From the NCBI GenBank assembly GCA_003223555.1, contig QHVM01000082.1:163762-227761 (forward strand): a DNA stretch of 64,000 nucleotides, written 5' to 3'. Of this stretch, positions 18,772 through 27,269 are shown piece by piece. Below the pieces are notes generated by a model. The model had not been told where the DNA came from and did no database searches. It was given only the letters and a program-made list of their open reading frames with translations. The position numbers and the translations under genes are program-made. Numbering within the stretch: position 1 is the stretch's first letter; every line of letters begins with the position of its first letter. This stretch comes from Acidobacteriota bacterium (GTDB lineage: Bacteria > Acidobacteriota > Vicinamibacteria > Fen-336).

Positions 18772-19467
18772 TCAGACTACCAGAGTGCTCCCGCCCGCCG
18801 CCTGCTGCACGTGCTTCAGCAGCAGCGACTCCGGGGCCGCGCCCACGAACTCGACGGTCTCGCCGACGACCGTCTTCGGCACCGACGAGACGCCGTACTT
18901 CTGGGCCAGCTCGGGATAGCCCGTCACCTCCACGCCGTCGGCGGTGATCTTGTCGCTCTCGATCGCGAAGCGGATGGCCAGGCGGACCGCCCGGGGACAG
19001 TAGGGTCAGGTCGGGGTCGAGAAGACCTGGAGGTGCACGGGGCGCGGCAGCTCCATGAGGGCGGCCCGTGTCTCGTCGGACAGGCCGCTGTCGCCCCGGG
19101 ACACGTCCAGGATCGCCTCGACGAGCGTCCCGAACTCGTAGCCGGACGGCAGGCCGTAGAGGCGGATGCCGTAGTCCTTGTCCTTCCCCATCACCGCGAT
19201 GGCGGGGATGCGCGCGATGCCGAGCGACTCGACCTTCTCCTTGTCGAGGACGAAATTGTACGACTCGACCGTCAGCCGGGGGTCGATGGCGGCCAGCTCC
19301 TCGACGAGGCGCCGCACCTGCTCGGACTCGGGATCGGCCAGGGCCTGGGAGAACACCGCCAGCCGCACGGGCTCGACGAGCCGGGCGAACTCCTCCTTGA
19401 GCTGGGAGGCGACGTCGTCGGTCATCAGCGGCATGCGCGAAACGTCCTCCGCCATCGAGTATAGCAA
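18772..19467 (-). CDS. Two-domain glutaredoxin-like / protein-disulfide-oxidoreductase (PDO)-like thioredoxin-fold protein with in-frame TGA (19006-19008) at the first Cys of the CPYC motif. Candidate selenoprotein (U-P-Y-C), ~231 aa
   Basis: ORF 19006..19467 ends …LQVFSTPT-TGA. The same frame continues PYCPRAVRLAIRFAIESDKITADGVEVTGYPELAQKYGVSSVPKTVVGETVEFVGAAPESLLLKHVQQAAGGSTLVV and stops at 18772. TPTCPYCP is the canonical Grx/Trx active site. The N-terminal Trx-like unit lacks CxxC, as in the glutaredoxin-like two-domain family. Confidence 0.72.
18978..18994 (-). promoter_or_regulatory. SECIS-like hairpin 11 nt downstream of the UGA: CCGGGCG-GUC-CGCCUGG (one G-U pair), or a 6-bp stem with GGUCC loop
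   Basis: Read from the sequence. Loop GGUCC compared with GGUUC in the peroxiredoxin element. The similar stems (CCGGCGG / CCGGGCG) and identical spacing support a shared function. Confidence 0.5.
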
Positions 19468-19474
19468 ACGGCCG

Positions 19475-20674
19475 TCAGCGCACCAGGACGAGCCCGGCGG
19501 CCAGCGTCAGCAGCGTCACCGGCACCCCGACCTTCAGGTACTCGGCGAAGCCGAGCGGCGAGAGCTTGCGCGCGCCCTCGGCCACGATGAGGTTGGCGAT
19601 GGAGCCGACGAGCGTGAGGTTGCCGGCCAGCGTGGAGGCCATGGCCAGCGTGATCCACGCCCGATGGGGCTGGGGCAGGTCGGGCACGAGATGGGTGAAG
19701 AGCATGACCGCGGGAACGTTCGAGACCAGGTTCGACAGCACCGCGACGGACGCGGCGAGGGAGACCACCCCGTGGGCCTCCCGGGCGTGGAGGGCATCGA
19801 ACAGGGCATCCGTGACGCCGGCCGCCCTGGCCGCTCCGACCACCACGAACAGGCCGGCGAAGAGCGTCAGCAGGTTCCAGTTGATCTCCAGGAACACCTT
19901 CTCCGGCTTCACGCGCCGGGTGAGCAGCAGGGCGGCCCCCGCGGTGAAGGCGACCATCGAGACGTTGGCCCCCGCGAAGAACCACGCGATCATGGCCACC
20001 GAGGCGGCGAGGCTCTTCAGGGTCAGGAACGGATGGAGCCTCGCCCGCGGCTCGGCGCGGGCGGCGAACGGCCGGGCCAGCTCCCGCCGGTACACGAGCG
20101 CGATCACCGCGAAGTCGACGAGGAGACCCACCACCGCCACGGGAGCCAGGGCGGCGAAGAAGGCGCGGTAGTGCATCCCGGAGGCGACCCCGATGAGCAT
20201 GTTCTGCGGGTTGCCGGTGAGGGTGGCGGTGGAGCCGATGTTGCTGGCGGTGGCGAGCGCGATCAGGTACGGCGTCGCCCGCACGCCGAGGCCGGCGGCC
20301 ACCTCCAGCACCAGCGGGGTGAGCGCCAGGCAGACGGTGTCGTTGACGAAGACGGCCGAGAGCACGCCGGCCACCGCCACCAGCCCCGCCAGCAGCCCCC
20401 GCGGGGAGGCGGCCCGCCGCGCCACCGCCGCGGCCACCCAGCGGAAGAACCCGGCCAGGCGGAGGTGCCCGACGATCACCATGGTCCCGAAGAGGAGCAC
20501 CAGCGTGCCGAGGTCCACCATGCCGTAGGCCTGCTCGGGGGTGACGACGTGGAAGGCGACCATGAACGCCGCCCCCACCACCGCCGCTCCCGTGCGGTCG
20601 AGGCGGATGCCGGGCGCGCGGCCCAGGGCCACCACCAGGTAGGTGGCGGTGAAGATGGTCGCGGCGGTCAGCAA
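19475..20674 (-). CDS. ArsB/NhaD-superfamily anion permease (arsenite/citrate-transporter-like)
   Basis: 399-aa polytopic membrane protein with TLTGNPQNMLIG and SNIGSTATL motifs typical of the ArsB/NhaD/SLC13 fold. Its stop is 8 nt upstream of the Sec-PDO start. Confidence 0.65.
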   Translation of the reverse strand: MLTAATIFTATYLVVALGRAPGIRLDRTGAAVVGAAFMVAFHVVTPEQAYGMVDLGTLVLLFGTMVIVGHLRLAGFFRWVAAAVARRAASPRGLLAGLVAVAGVLSAVFVNDTVCLALTPLVLEVAAGLGVRATPYLIALATASNIGSTATLTGNPQNMLIGVASGMHYRAFFAALAPVAVVGLLVDFAVIALVYRRELARPFAARAEPRARLHPFLTLKSLAASVAMIAWFFAGANVSMVAFTAGAALLLTRRVKPEKVFLEINWNLLTLFAGLFVVVGAARAAGVTDALFDALHAREAHGVVSLAASVAVLSNLVSNVPAVMLFTHLVPDLPQPHRAWITLAMASTLAGNLTLVGSIANLIVAEGARKLSPLGFAEYLKVGVPVTLLTLAAGLVLVR

Positions 20675-20684
20675 GCCTTCCGCT

Positions 20685-21941
20685 TCAGACCCACTTCGGG
20701 AACCACGTCCACGGCCGGAGCCCGCCGCCGAGATCGTGGAAGTACCAGCCGGCCGGGACGGGCAGCGCGATCAGGAAGGGCAGGAAGAAGAAGAAGAGCA
20801 CGACCACGAGCGCGACGTAGCCGCGGGCCAGCGGCGCCCATCTTCCCTCCCATCCGCGGTCGAGGAGTCCCCCCAGGCTGAGGCAGGCGTACGGGATGGC
20901 CTCGAAGAGGTAGTGGCCGTAGTTGAGCGTGCGGGGCGAGATCCCCCACGGCAGGTACAGGAGGCAGAAGCCGAGGCCCGAGAACAGCCGGCGGGGATCC
21001 CGCTCGCGCGCACCCGTGCCAAGCGCCCACAGCGTGACCGGCACCGAGGCCCACCACAGCGCGGGGTTCCCGATGGCCACGATGCCGCGGATCGTCTCCC
21101 CGGTCTGCTTGAAGTGATACCAGGTCGGCCGGTACAGCCACGGCCAGGTGTACCACTTGCTGAAGTAGGGATGCGTCGCGCGGAGGTCGGAGTGGTAGCG
21201 CCAGATCGCCTGCTGCAGGGGCCACAGCTCCTTGAGCGAGTGCCCCTGCCCCTGCCGCAGCCAGGGGACGTAGCTGAGGACGTAGACCGCCACCGGCAGC
21301 ACGACGAAGGCGAGCAGGGCCAGCGCCAGCTCGCGGGGCTTGATGAGGCGCAGCCGCCGCACCGCGAGCAGCACGAGGCCCAGGAAGGAGGCCGCCCACA
21401 GGCTCGTCCAGCGCGTGGAGAGCGCGAGGCCCAGGAAGACGCCCGCCAGCGCCATGTCGGGAGCGGAGAGGCGCGGGCGGAGGGCCGCCCGCAGGATGAA
21501 CAGCGCGGCCGCCACCTGGAACAGCACCGCGAAGATGTTGGTCATCGCGATGCGGCTCTGCACGAGATAGACGCCGTCGCACAGCAGCAGCACCGAGGCG
21601 AGCACCGCGGCGCGCTCGCCGGCGGTCGCCCGCCGGGCCAGCGCATAGAACACCGGGGCCAGGGCGACCCCGGCCAGCGCGGGAAGCAGCCGCCACGCCC
21701 AGGGCACGTAACCGAACAGCCACACGCCGACCGCGATGAGGAGCTTGGCCGTCGGGGGATGCACCCACTCGGTGGGCGGCTCGCCCTTCAGGTACTGGAG
21801 GGCGGTCTTGGCGTGGTACACCTCGTCGAAGACCTCCTCGTCCGGAACGCCCAGCCGGGGGAGCCGGAAGAGCGCCGCGGCGAGGGCGAGCAGGAGCGCG
21901 ATGGCGAGGTCCCGCCGCGGCCCGGATGGGGGCAGCCTCAT
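20685..21941 (-). CDS. Dolichyl-phosphate-mannose protein mannosyltransferase-like (PMT/GT39) membrane glycosyltransferase
   Basis: LPRLGVPDEEVFDEVYHAKTA (DE motif in the first periplasmic loop); multi-TM; 418 aa. Confidence 0.7.
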   Translation of the reverse strand: MRLPPSGPRRDLAIALLLALAAALFRLPRLGVPDEEVFDEVYHAKTALQYLKGEPPTEWVHPPTAKLLIAVGVWLFGYVPWAWRLLPALAGVALAPVFYALARRATAGERAAVLASVLLLCDGVYLVQSRIAMTNIFAVLFQVAAALFILRAALRPRLSAPDMALAGVFLGLALSTRWTSLWAASFLGLVLLAVRRLRLIKPRELALALLAFVVLPVAVYVLSYVPWLRQGQGHSLKELWPLQQAIWRYHSDLRATHPYFSKWYTWPWLYRPTWYHFKQTGETIRGIVAIGNPALWWASVPVTLWALGTGARERDPRRLFSGLGFCLLYLPWGISPRTLNYGHYLFEAIPYACLSLGGLLDRGWEGRWAPLARGYVALVVVLFFFFLPFLIALPVPAGWYFHDLGGGLRPWTWFPKWV

Positions 21942-21960
21942 CGGCGGAAGAGTATAGCGC

Positions 21961-23529
21961 TCAGTCCGCCGCGGACTTCTTCCGGAGCGCGGAGCGCGGC
22001 TCGAGCAGCTCGAGCGCGTAGGTCACGGGCACGCCGAAGGAGTTGCCGCCGAACTTCGGAAGCACCGCATACTCCACCGCGATCACCTGACCGTTCTTGT
22101 TGAAGATCGGCCCCCCGCTGCCGCCCTGGGTGGTGGGAGCGTCGAACACGATGTCGCTGCGCGTGATGTCGCCGATATGGCCCTGGGTGGTGGAGGGGCG
22201 GATGAGGCCCCGCACGCTGAGCGCCTCGGTCACCCGCTCCGAGTTGGTGCCGTGAGACTCCAGGATCTGCTTCACCACCACCGTCTCGGCCTTGGCCAGG
22301 ATGGCCTCCAGTCCCGCCGGGTAGCCCACGACCACCACCGGCTGACCGGCCACCGACCCGGTGCGCGAGCGGTCGAGGGGGAGCACGGGGATCCTCCTTC
22401 CCCCCAGCTCCACCCTCAGCAGGGCCAGGTCGACGGTGTCCGACCGTCTCTCCAGGGCCAGCTCGAAGGGCTGCTTCTGCTGGGGGAAGAACCCGCGGAG
22501 GTAGCTGAGGCGGGGCCGATAGCCCGCCTTCTGCAGCTTCTCGGCCTCGTCGTCGTTCCACCAGGGCTCGGCCAGGTGGCGGTTGGTGAGGATGAGACCC
22601 CTCGCGTCCACCAGGAAGCCGGTTCCGTAATACTCGACGGTGTGCACCGACCCGGTGCCCTCGGGGTCCAGGGCCGCCCCACCGTCGCTGTCCCGGACCG
22701 GCTCCCCGGACTCGTCCTGCCGGTACCGCAGCGGCCGGCCGGAGGCGTCGGCGAAGGCGTAGGCGCCCTGGATGAGCGCCACTCCCGCCCCGAACTCCCG
22801 GATGATGCGCTCGCCGGCCGCGCGCTCCGACTCCAGGGCCTGGAGACGCTCGCGCGTCGAGCCGAGCTCGTCCCGCAGGACCTGCACCTCGCCGCGGGCG
22901 GGATCCGTGAGCCGGCGCAGCAGCTCCGCCTCCCTTGCGCGAACCTGCTCCAGCTTCAGCCGGTCGGCGTCGCCGCGCCGGCGCTCGGCCTCGACGCGGG
23001 CCTCGAACGCGCGCCGCTCGGTGTCCGCCTGCTGCACCGCGCGGCGGAGGGTCGCCACCTCGCGGCCGAGCCGCCGCGACTGGAGATAGCTCCAGGACAG
23101 CAGGGCGAGGGCCACGATCAGCACCGCGGCCAGCGCGCGACGGAAGCTGCGGCTCGTCTGATGGACCATCCGGAAGGCCATGGTCTCGGACAGCCGCGGC
23201 GCCGCCGGCCTCCTCTCCGCCACGCGGCGAGGGGCGTCGGGGAGGCGGAAGCGGAGGCGGGGACCACCCCGGCCCAGCTCCACCGTGTCGCCGTCGCGCA
23301 GCACGGCTTCCTGGATCTCGTGGCCGGCGAGGAAGGTCCCGAGCGCCGAGCCGCTGTCGACCAGGACGACGTCCGCGTCGCGTTGGTGGAGGACGGCGTG
23401 GCGCGGGGCGAGGCCGGCGATGACCACGTCCGCCGCGGGGTCGGCCCCGATCGTGGCCGGCAGGCGGGGGACGGAAACCGAGCGGCCCTGGTCCGGGCCG
23501 CTCAGGTGCTCGAAGGCGATGCGGGTCAT
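21961..23529 (-). CDS. FHA-domain protein fused to trypsin-like (S1/Trypsin_2) serine protease domain, single TM between them. Start taken at ATG 23529 (MTRIAFEHL…)
   Basis: FHA region (VPRLPATIGADPAADVVIAGLAPRHAVLHQRDADVVLVDSGSALGTFL); coiled-coil; C-terminal protease motifs (GTGFLVDARGLILTNRHL, GGSGGPIF). The upstream 77 codons of the longer ORF are low complexity. Confidence 0.65.
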   Translation of the reverse strand: MTRIAFEHLSGPDQGRSVSVPRLPATIGADPAADVVIAGLAPRHAVLHQRDADVVLVDSGSALGTFLAGHEIQEAVLRDGDTVELGRGGPRLRFRLPDAPRRVAERRPAAPRLSETMAFRMVHQTSRSFRRALAAVLIVALALLSWSYLQSRRLGREVATLRRAVQQADTERRAFEARVEAERRRGDADRLKLEQVRAREAELLRRLTDPARGEVQVLRDELGSTRERLQALESERAAGERIIREFGAGVALIQGAYAFADASGRPLRYRQDESGEPVRDSDGGAALDPEGTGSVHTVEYYGTGFLVDARGLILTNRHLAEPWWNDDEAEKLQKAGYRPRLSYLRGFFPQQKQPFELALERRSDTVDLALLRVELGGRRIPVLPLDRSRTGSVAGQPVVVVGYPAGLEAILAKAETVVVKQILESHGTNSERVTEALSVRGLIRPSTTQGHIGDITRSDIVFDAPTTQGGSGGPIFNKNGQVIAVEYAVLPKFGGNSFGVPVTYALELLEPRSALRKKSAAD

Positions 23530-23530
23530 C

Positions 23531-24046
23531 TCAGTGGCCGGCCGCCTGGACGCTGCGCGCGCCGATGCGCCGCTCCACGTCGGCGGTGGCGAACCGGGTC
23601 CACCGGGAGGATCCGATGCGCAGGAAGACCTCCACCGTGGCATCGCGGAACCTCTCGTGCCGGAACATGCTTTCGGGAGGCCCGGTGGAGAAGTAGCGGC
23701 CCTCCCCCTCGGGCTTGAGCACGACGAGCGCCCGGCTGCCGGCGGGGAGGAGCTTGTCACCGGGCGCGGCCACCCTCCGCCAGGCCGAGCTCCAGATGGC
23801 GTCCTCCCCCTTGCGCCGGAAGGTCACCTGGGCCTCGACGGTGCGCTGGTCCCGGGTCCCGTTGTTGTGGACCTCGAAGCGGACGACGGGGGCGATGTAC
23901 TGCGTGTCGCCCTGCGCGGGGTCGATCGCCCAGTAGGTCTCCACGTCAGTGACCTCGAGCACGGTCCGGGGATCGGGAGAGCGGCACGCACCCGGCAGGG
24001 CGGCGAGGACGAGCACGGCCGTTCCCGTGGGTCGCTTGAGCCGCAC
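23531..24046 (-). CDS. Secreted hypothetical protein (signal peptide), translationally coupled to the FHA-protease gene (1-nt spacer)
   Basis: MRLKRPTGTAVLVLAALPGAC…; the stop TGA is followed by G then ATG of the next gene. Confidence 0.5.
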   Translation of the reverse strand: MRLKRPTGTAVLVLAALPGACRSPDPRTVLEVTDVETYWAIDPAQGDTQYIAPVVRFEVHNNGTRDQRTVEAQVTFRRKGEDAIWSSAWRRVAAPGDKLLPAGSRALVVLKPEGEGRYFSTGPPESMFRHERFRDATVEVFLRIGSSRWTRFATADVERRIGARSVQAAGH

Positions 24047-24057
24047 CGGCCATCATT

Positions 24058-25218
24058 CTACCGCCGGGCCGCCTCCTCCTGCCGCGGCGGGGGCGCGGCG
24101 ACCGGCATCGCGATCCGGAAGCGCGCCCCCGGACCCTCGGGCAGCAGCTCGAGGGTGCCGCCATGGTCCTCGACGAAGCGCCGGGCGACGGCCAGGCCGA
24201 GGCCGGTGCCGCCCTTCTTGCCCCGGGTGACGAAGGGCTCGAAGAGCCGGTCGCGGATCTCGGGGGGCACGCCGGGACCCTCGTCGGCCAGGGTGAGGAC
24301 GAGGCGCGGCCCGCCGTCGGCGGGCGGAGCGGGCACGAGCTCGGCCCCGAGGTGGAACCGGCCCCGGCCGCCCATGGCGTCGCGGGCGTTGGCGGCGATA
24401 TTGCTCACCACGCGGCGCAGCTTGTCGACGTCGACGGCGGCCACCACGTCCCGGGGCACGCGGAAGTCGCGCACCAGCTCCAGCGTCGGCTGCTCGGCCT
24501 GCACGCCGGCCGCCAGCTCGTCGAGTATCGCGCCGAGGGCCAGCGGGCGGCGGGCGAGGCGCCGCCCCCCGCGCGCGAAGTCCAGCGTCTCCGTCGTCAT
24601 GCGGTCCAGGCGGTCCACCATCCGGGTGATGAGCCGGGCGCGGTCGCGCACCTCCGCCGAGGATCCAGGGTCGTCGGCCAGCGATTCCGCGTAGCCGCGG
24701 ATCACCGTCATGGGGCCGCGGAAATCGTGGGCGAGCATGCCGGCCATCGTCCCGAGGGCCGCCATGCGCTCGGAGGCGATGAGCTCCCGCTGGTAGAGGT
24801 GGTTCTCGAGGGCGAGGGCGGCCCGCGCGGCGAGCGAGGACAGCTCCCGGGCCTCCACCGCGCGCAGCGGACGCCGCCGCCGCCCCCGCCGCGCCCCGAG
24901 GACCAGCATCCCCACCAGGCCGCTGCGGGCGAGCAGGGGCACCAGGACCCCGTCCCGGCTCCGCCCGGGAGGCCGGGTCGGAGTCTCGAGGAGCAAGCCG
25001 TCGGAGAGCAGGAAGCGGGCCTCCGGCGCGTCCACCATCTGGCCCGGCGCCAGGGCCTGCCCGGCCGCGCCGCCCGAGGAAAGCACCTGGAAGGAGTCGA
25101 GCTTGCGGTCCCAGAGCAGCAGCGTCGCGTCGGGCACGTCCAGGGCGGCCGGCAGCTCGCGGGTCAGCAGGCGGGCGAGGCCGTCGAGGTCCGGGACCTC
25201 CAGGACGCGGTCGGCCAT
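24058..25218 (-). CDS. Cytoplasmic sensor histidine kinase with N-terminal GAF-like domain (HisKA + HATPase_c)
   Basis: H-box MAALGTMAGMLAHDFRGPMTVIRGYAESL. The HATPase domain has N, G1 (DEGPGVP) and G2 (GGTGLGLAV) boxes. Confidence 0.8.
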   Translation of the reverse strand: MADRVLEVPDLDGLARLLTRELPAALDVPDATLLLWDRKLDSFQVLSSGGAAGQALAPGQMVDAPEARFLLSDGLLLETPTRPPGRSRDGVLVPLLARSGLVGMLVLGARRGRRRRPLRAVEARELSSLAARAALALENHLYQRELIASERMAALGTMAGMLAHDFRGPMTVIRGYAESLADDPGSSAEVRDRARLITRMVDRLDRMTTETLDFARGGRRLARRPLALGAILDELAAGVQAEQPTLELVRDFRVPRDVVAAVDVDKLRRVVSNIAANARDAMGGRGRFHLGAELVPAPPADGGPRLVLTLADEGPGVPPEIRDRLFEPFVTRGKKGGTGLGLAVARRFVEDHGGTLELLPEGPGARFRIAMPVAAPPPRQEEAARR

Positions 25219-25259
25219 CCGCCGCAGCTCGGCGGCGTGGGTGGAGAAGCGGCGCTCGT

Positions 25260-25289
25260 TTGACAGCTCGAAACCCCGCTCGTTATCAT
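25260..25289 (+). promoter_or_regulatory. Sigma70-like promoter candidate: TTGACA – 18 nt – TATCAT, ~200 nt upstream of the ABC transporter operon
   Basis: Consensus -35 hexamer and near-consensus -10 stand out in a ~70% GC background, in the divergent intergenic region. Confidence 0.4.
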
Positions 25290-25494
25290 ACGATTCCTCG
25301 CCTCGCGCCCGGCGGCAAGCCGGAGCGCGCGGGCGCCCCCGGGACTCCAGGCCTCATGGCCCCGGGTCACCCAGGATGCACCGCAGCGACTACCGGCTCT
25401 CACCGAAATTGACTGGCTCGCGGACGGCCCGCCCGGCCGCCGAACGTGCTCGCTCCGCTTCCGGGCGCCGTCCCTTTCATAAGGCTGGATTGAA

Positions 25495-26481
25495 ATGATC
25501 GAGGTCGAGAACCTCACCAAACGCTACGGCCGCACGACCGCGGTGGACGGGATCTCCTTCCGCGTGCGGAAGGGGGAGATCCTCGGCTTCCTCGGCCCCA
25601 ACGGGGCGGGGAAGACCACCACCATGCGCATCCTCACCGGCTACCTGCCGCCCACCGAGGGCACGGCCCGCGTGGCCGGCTACGACGTCTTCGAGGCGCC
25701 GATCGAGGTGAAGAAGCGCGTGGGCTACATCCCGGAGACGCCGCCCCTCTATCCGGACATGGAGGTGGACGAGTTCCTGGACTTCTGCGCGAAGATCAAG
25801 GGCATCCCCGGCCCGTCGCGCAAGGGCAAGATCGACGAGGCGGTCGACAAGACCCGCGTCGGCGACGTCCGCGGCCGGCTCATCGGCCGGCTGTCCAAGG
25901 GCTACCGCCAGCGGGTGGGCCTGGCCCAGGCCATCCTGAACAACCCCGACGTCCTCATCCTCGACGAGCCGACCGCGGGCCTCGATCCCAAGCAGATCAT
26001 CGAGACCCGCGAGCTCATCAAGGGGCTGGGGGGCGACCACACGATCGTGCTCTCCACGCACATCCTGCCCGAGGTCTCCATGACCTGCGGTCGGGTGGTG
26101 ATCATCAACAAGGGCAAGGTGGTGGCCGAGGACACGCCGGAGAACCTCACCCGCCGCCTGCGCGGCGCGGGAGCGCTGCGCGTCGACGTGCGGGGCGAGG
26201 CGACCGCGGCCGCCGAGGCGGTCCGCTCGGTACCCGGGGTGGTCTCGGTCCGTCCCCGTCCCGAGTCGGCGGGGGTGGCGACGCTGGAGGTGGAGGCGGA
26301 GCCGGGACGGGACGTGCGGCCGGACATCGCGCGCGCGGTGGTCTCGCGCGGCCTCGACCTGCTCGCCCTGCACCAGGTGGGCATGAGCCTGGAGGAGATC
26401 TTCCTCCACCTCACCACCACCGACGCCGCCCGCGCCGAAGCCCCCCCGGCCGCCCCGCGCTCCGCGGAGGTGACGGCATGA
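25495..26481 (+). CDS. ABC transporter ATP-binding protein (ABC-2 type, GldA-like)
   Basis: Walker A GPNGAGKTT, signature LSKGYRQRV, Walker B ILILDEPT. Confidence 0.85.
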   Translation: MIEVENLTKRYGRTTAVDGISFRVRKGEILGFLGPNGAGKTTTMRILTGYLPPTEGTARVAGYDVFEAPIEVKKRVGYIPETPPLYPDMEVDEFLDFCAKIKGIPGPSRKGKIDEAVDKTRVGDVRGRLIGRLSKGYRQRVGLAQAILNNPDVLILDEPTAGLDPKQIIETRELIKGLGGDHTIVLSTHILPEVSMTCGRVVIINKGKVVAEDTPENLTRRLRGAGALRVDVRGEATAAAEAVRSVPGVVSVRPRPESAGVATLEVEAEPGRDVRPDIARAVVSRGLDLLALHQVGMSLEEIFLHLTTTDAARAEAPPAAPRSAEVTA

Positions 26482-27269
26482 CCTCGCTCCGCAACGTGGC
26501 GGCGATCGTCGAGAAGGAGTGGCGCCACTACTTCGGCAGCCCGATCGCCTACGTCTCGCTGACCGTGTGGGCGCTGCTGTTCGGCATCTTCTTCTACTTC
26601 GCGTTCTCGTTCTTCCTGCGGGAGTCCATGATGGCCGCCCAGCAGATGGAGTTCGGGGGCGGCCCCAAGATGTCCCTGAACGAGCTGCTGATCCGTCCCG
26701 TGATGCACAACATGGCGGTGGTGGCCCTGTTCCTGGCCCCGATGCTCACGATGCGGCTGTTCGCCGAGGAGAAGCGGCAGGGGACGATCGAGCTGCTCGC
26801 CACCGCGCCCCTGACCGACCTCCAGATCGTCCTCGGCAAGTTCCTGGCCGCGGCCGGCCTCTACGGCCTCATGATCCTGGCCGGCCTGGTCGACCTGGCC
26901 CTCATCTGGCACTACGCGTCGACGCCCCCCGAGTGGAAGCCCGTGCTGACCGGCGCTCTCGCCCTGCTGCTCTTCGGGTCGTGCTTCCTCGCCCTGGGGG
27001 TGTTCGTCTCCACCCTCACCCGCAACCAGATCGTGGCCGGCATCCTGTCGTTCTGCCTCTTCCTCGGCGTGTGGACGCTGGGCTGGGCCGACGATCCCGG
27101 GGCGGGGCCGGTCATGAAGGCGATCGCCTACCTCGGGGTGACCACGCACATGGAAGACATGGTCAAAGGGGTGGTGGACCTGAAGGACGTCGTCTTCTAC
27201 CTGAGCTTCATCGCCTTCGGCCTGTTCCTGGCCCACCAATCGGTGCAGAGCCAGCGGTGGAGGGCATGA
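26478..27269 (+). CDS. ABC-2 type transporter permease (GldF-like)
   Basis: 6-TM permease. ATGA overlaps with flanking genes on both sides. Confidence 0.75.
   Translation: MTSLRNVAAIVEKEWRHYFGSPIAYVSLTVWALLFGIFFYFAFSFFLRESMMAAQQMEFGGGPKMSLNELLIRPVMHNMAVVALFLAPMLTMRLFAEEKRQGTIELLATAPLTDLQIVLGKFLAAAGLYGLMILAGLVDLALIWHYASTPPEWKPVLTGALALLLFGSCFLALGVFVSTLTRNQIVAGILSFCLFLGVWTLGWADDPGAGPVMKAIAYLGVTTHMEDMVKGVVDLKDVVFYLSFIAFGLFLAHQSVQSQRWRA

Noticed and set aside
23530-23760. Upstream 77-codon extension of the FHA-protease ORF (MTSSSPPAAGRSSCSSPRG…). Similar N-terminal extensions occur on DinB (to 38925), citrate synthase (to 43709), GNAT (to 52977), the hydrolase (to 50416), ParB-like (to 34238) and the YHS protein (to 41505)
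   Set aside because: The extensions are low-complexity and unconserved relative to the known family N-termini. Internal ATG/GTG starts with better RBS or with operon-coupling geometry were preferred.
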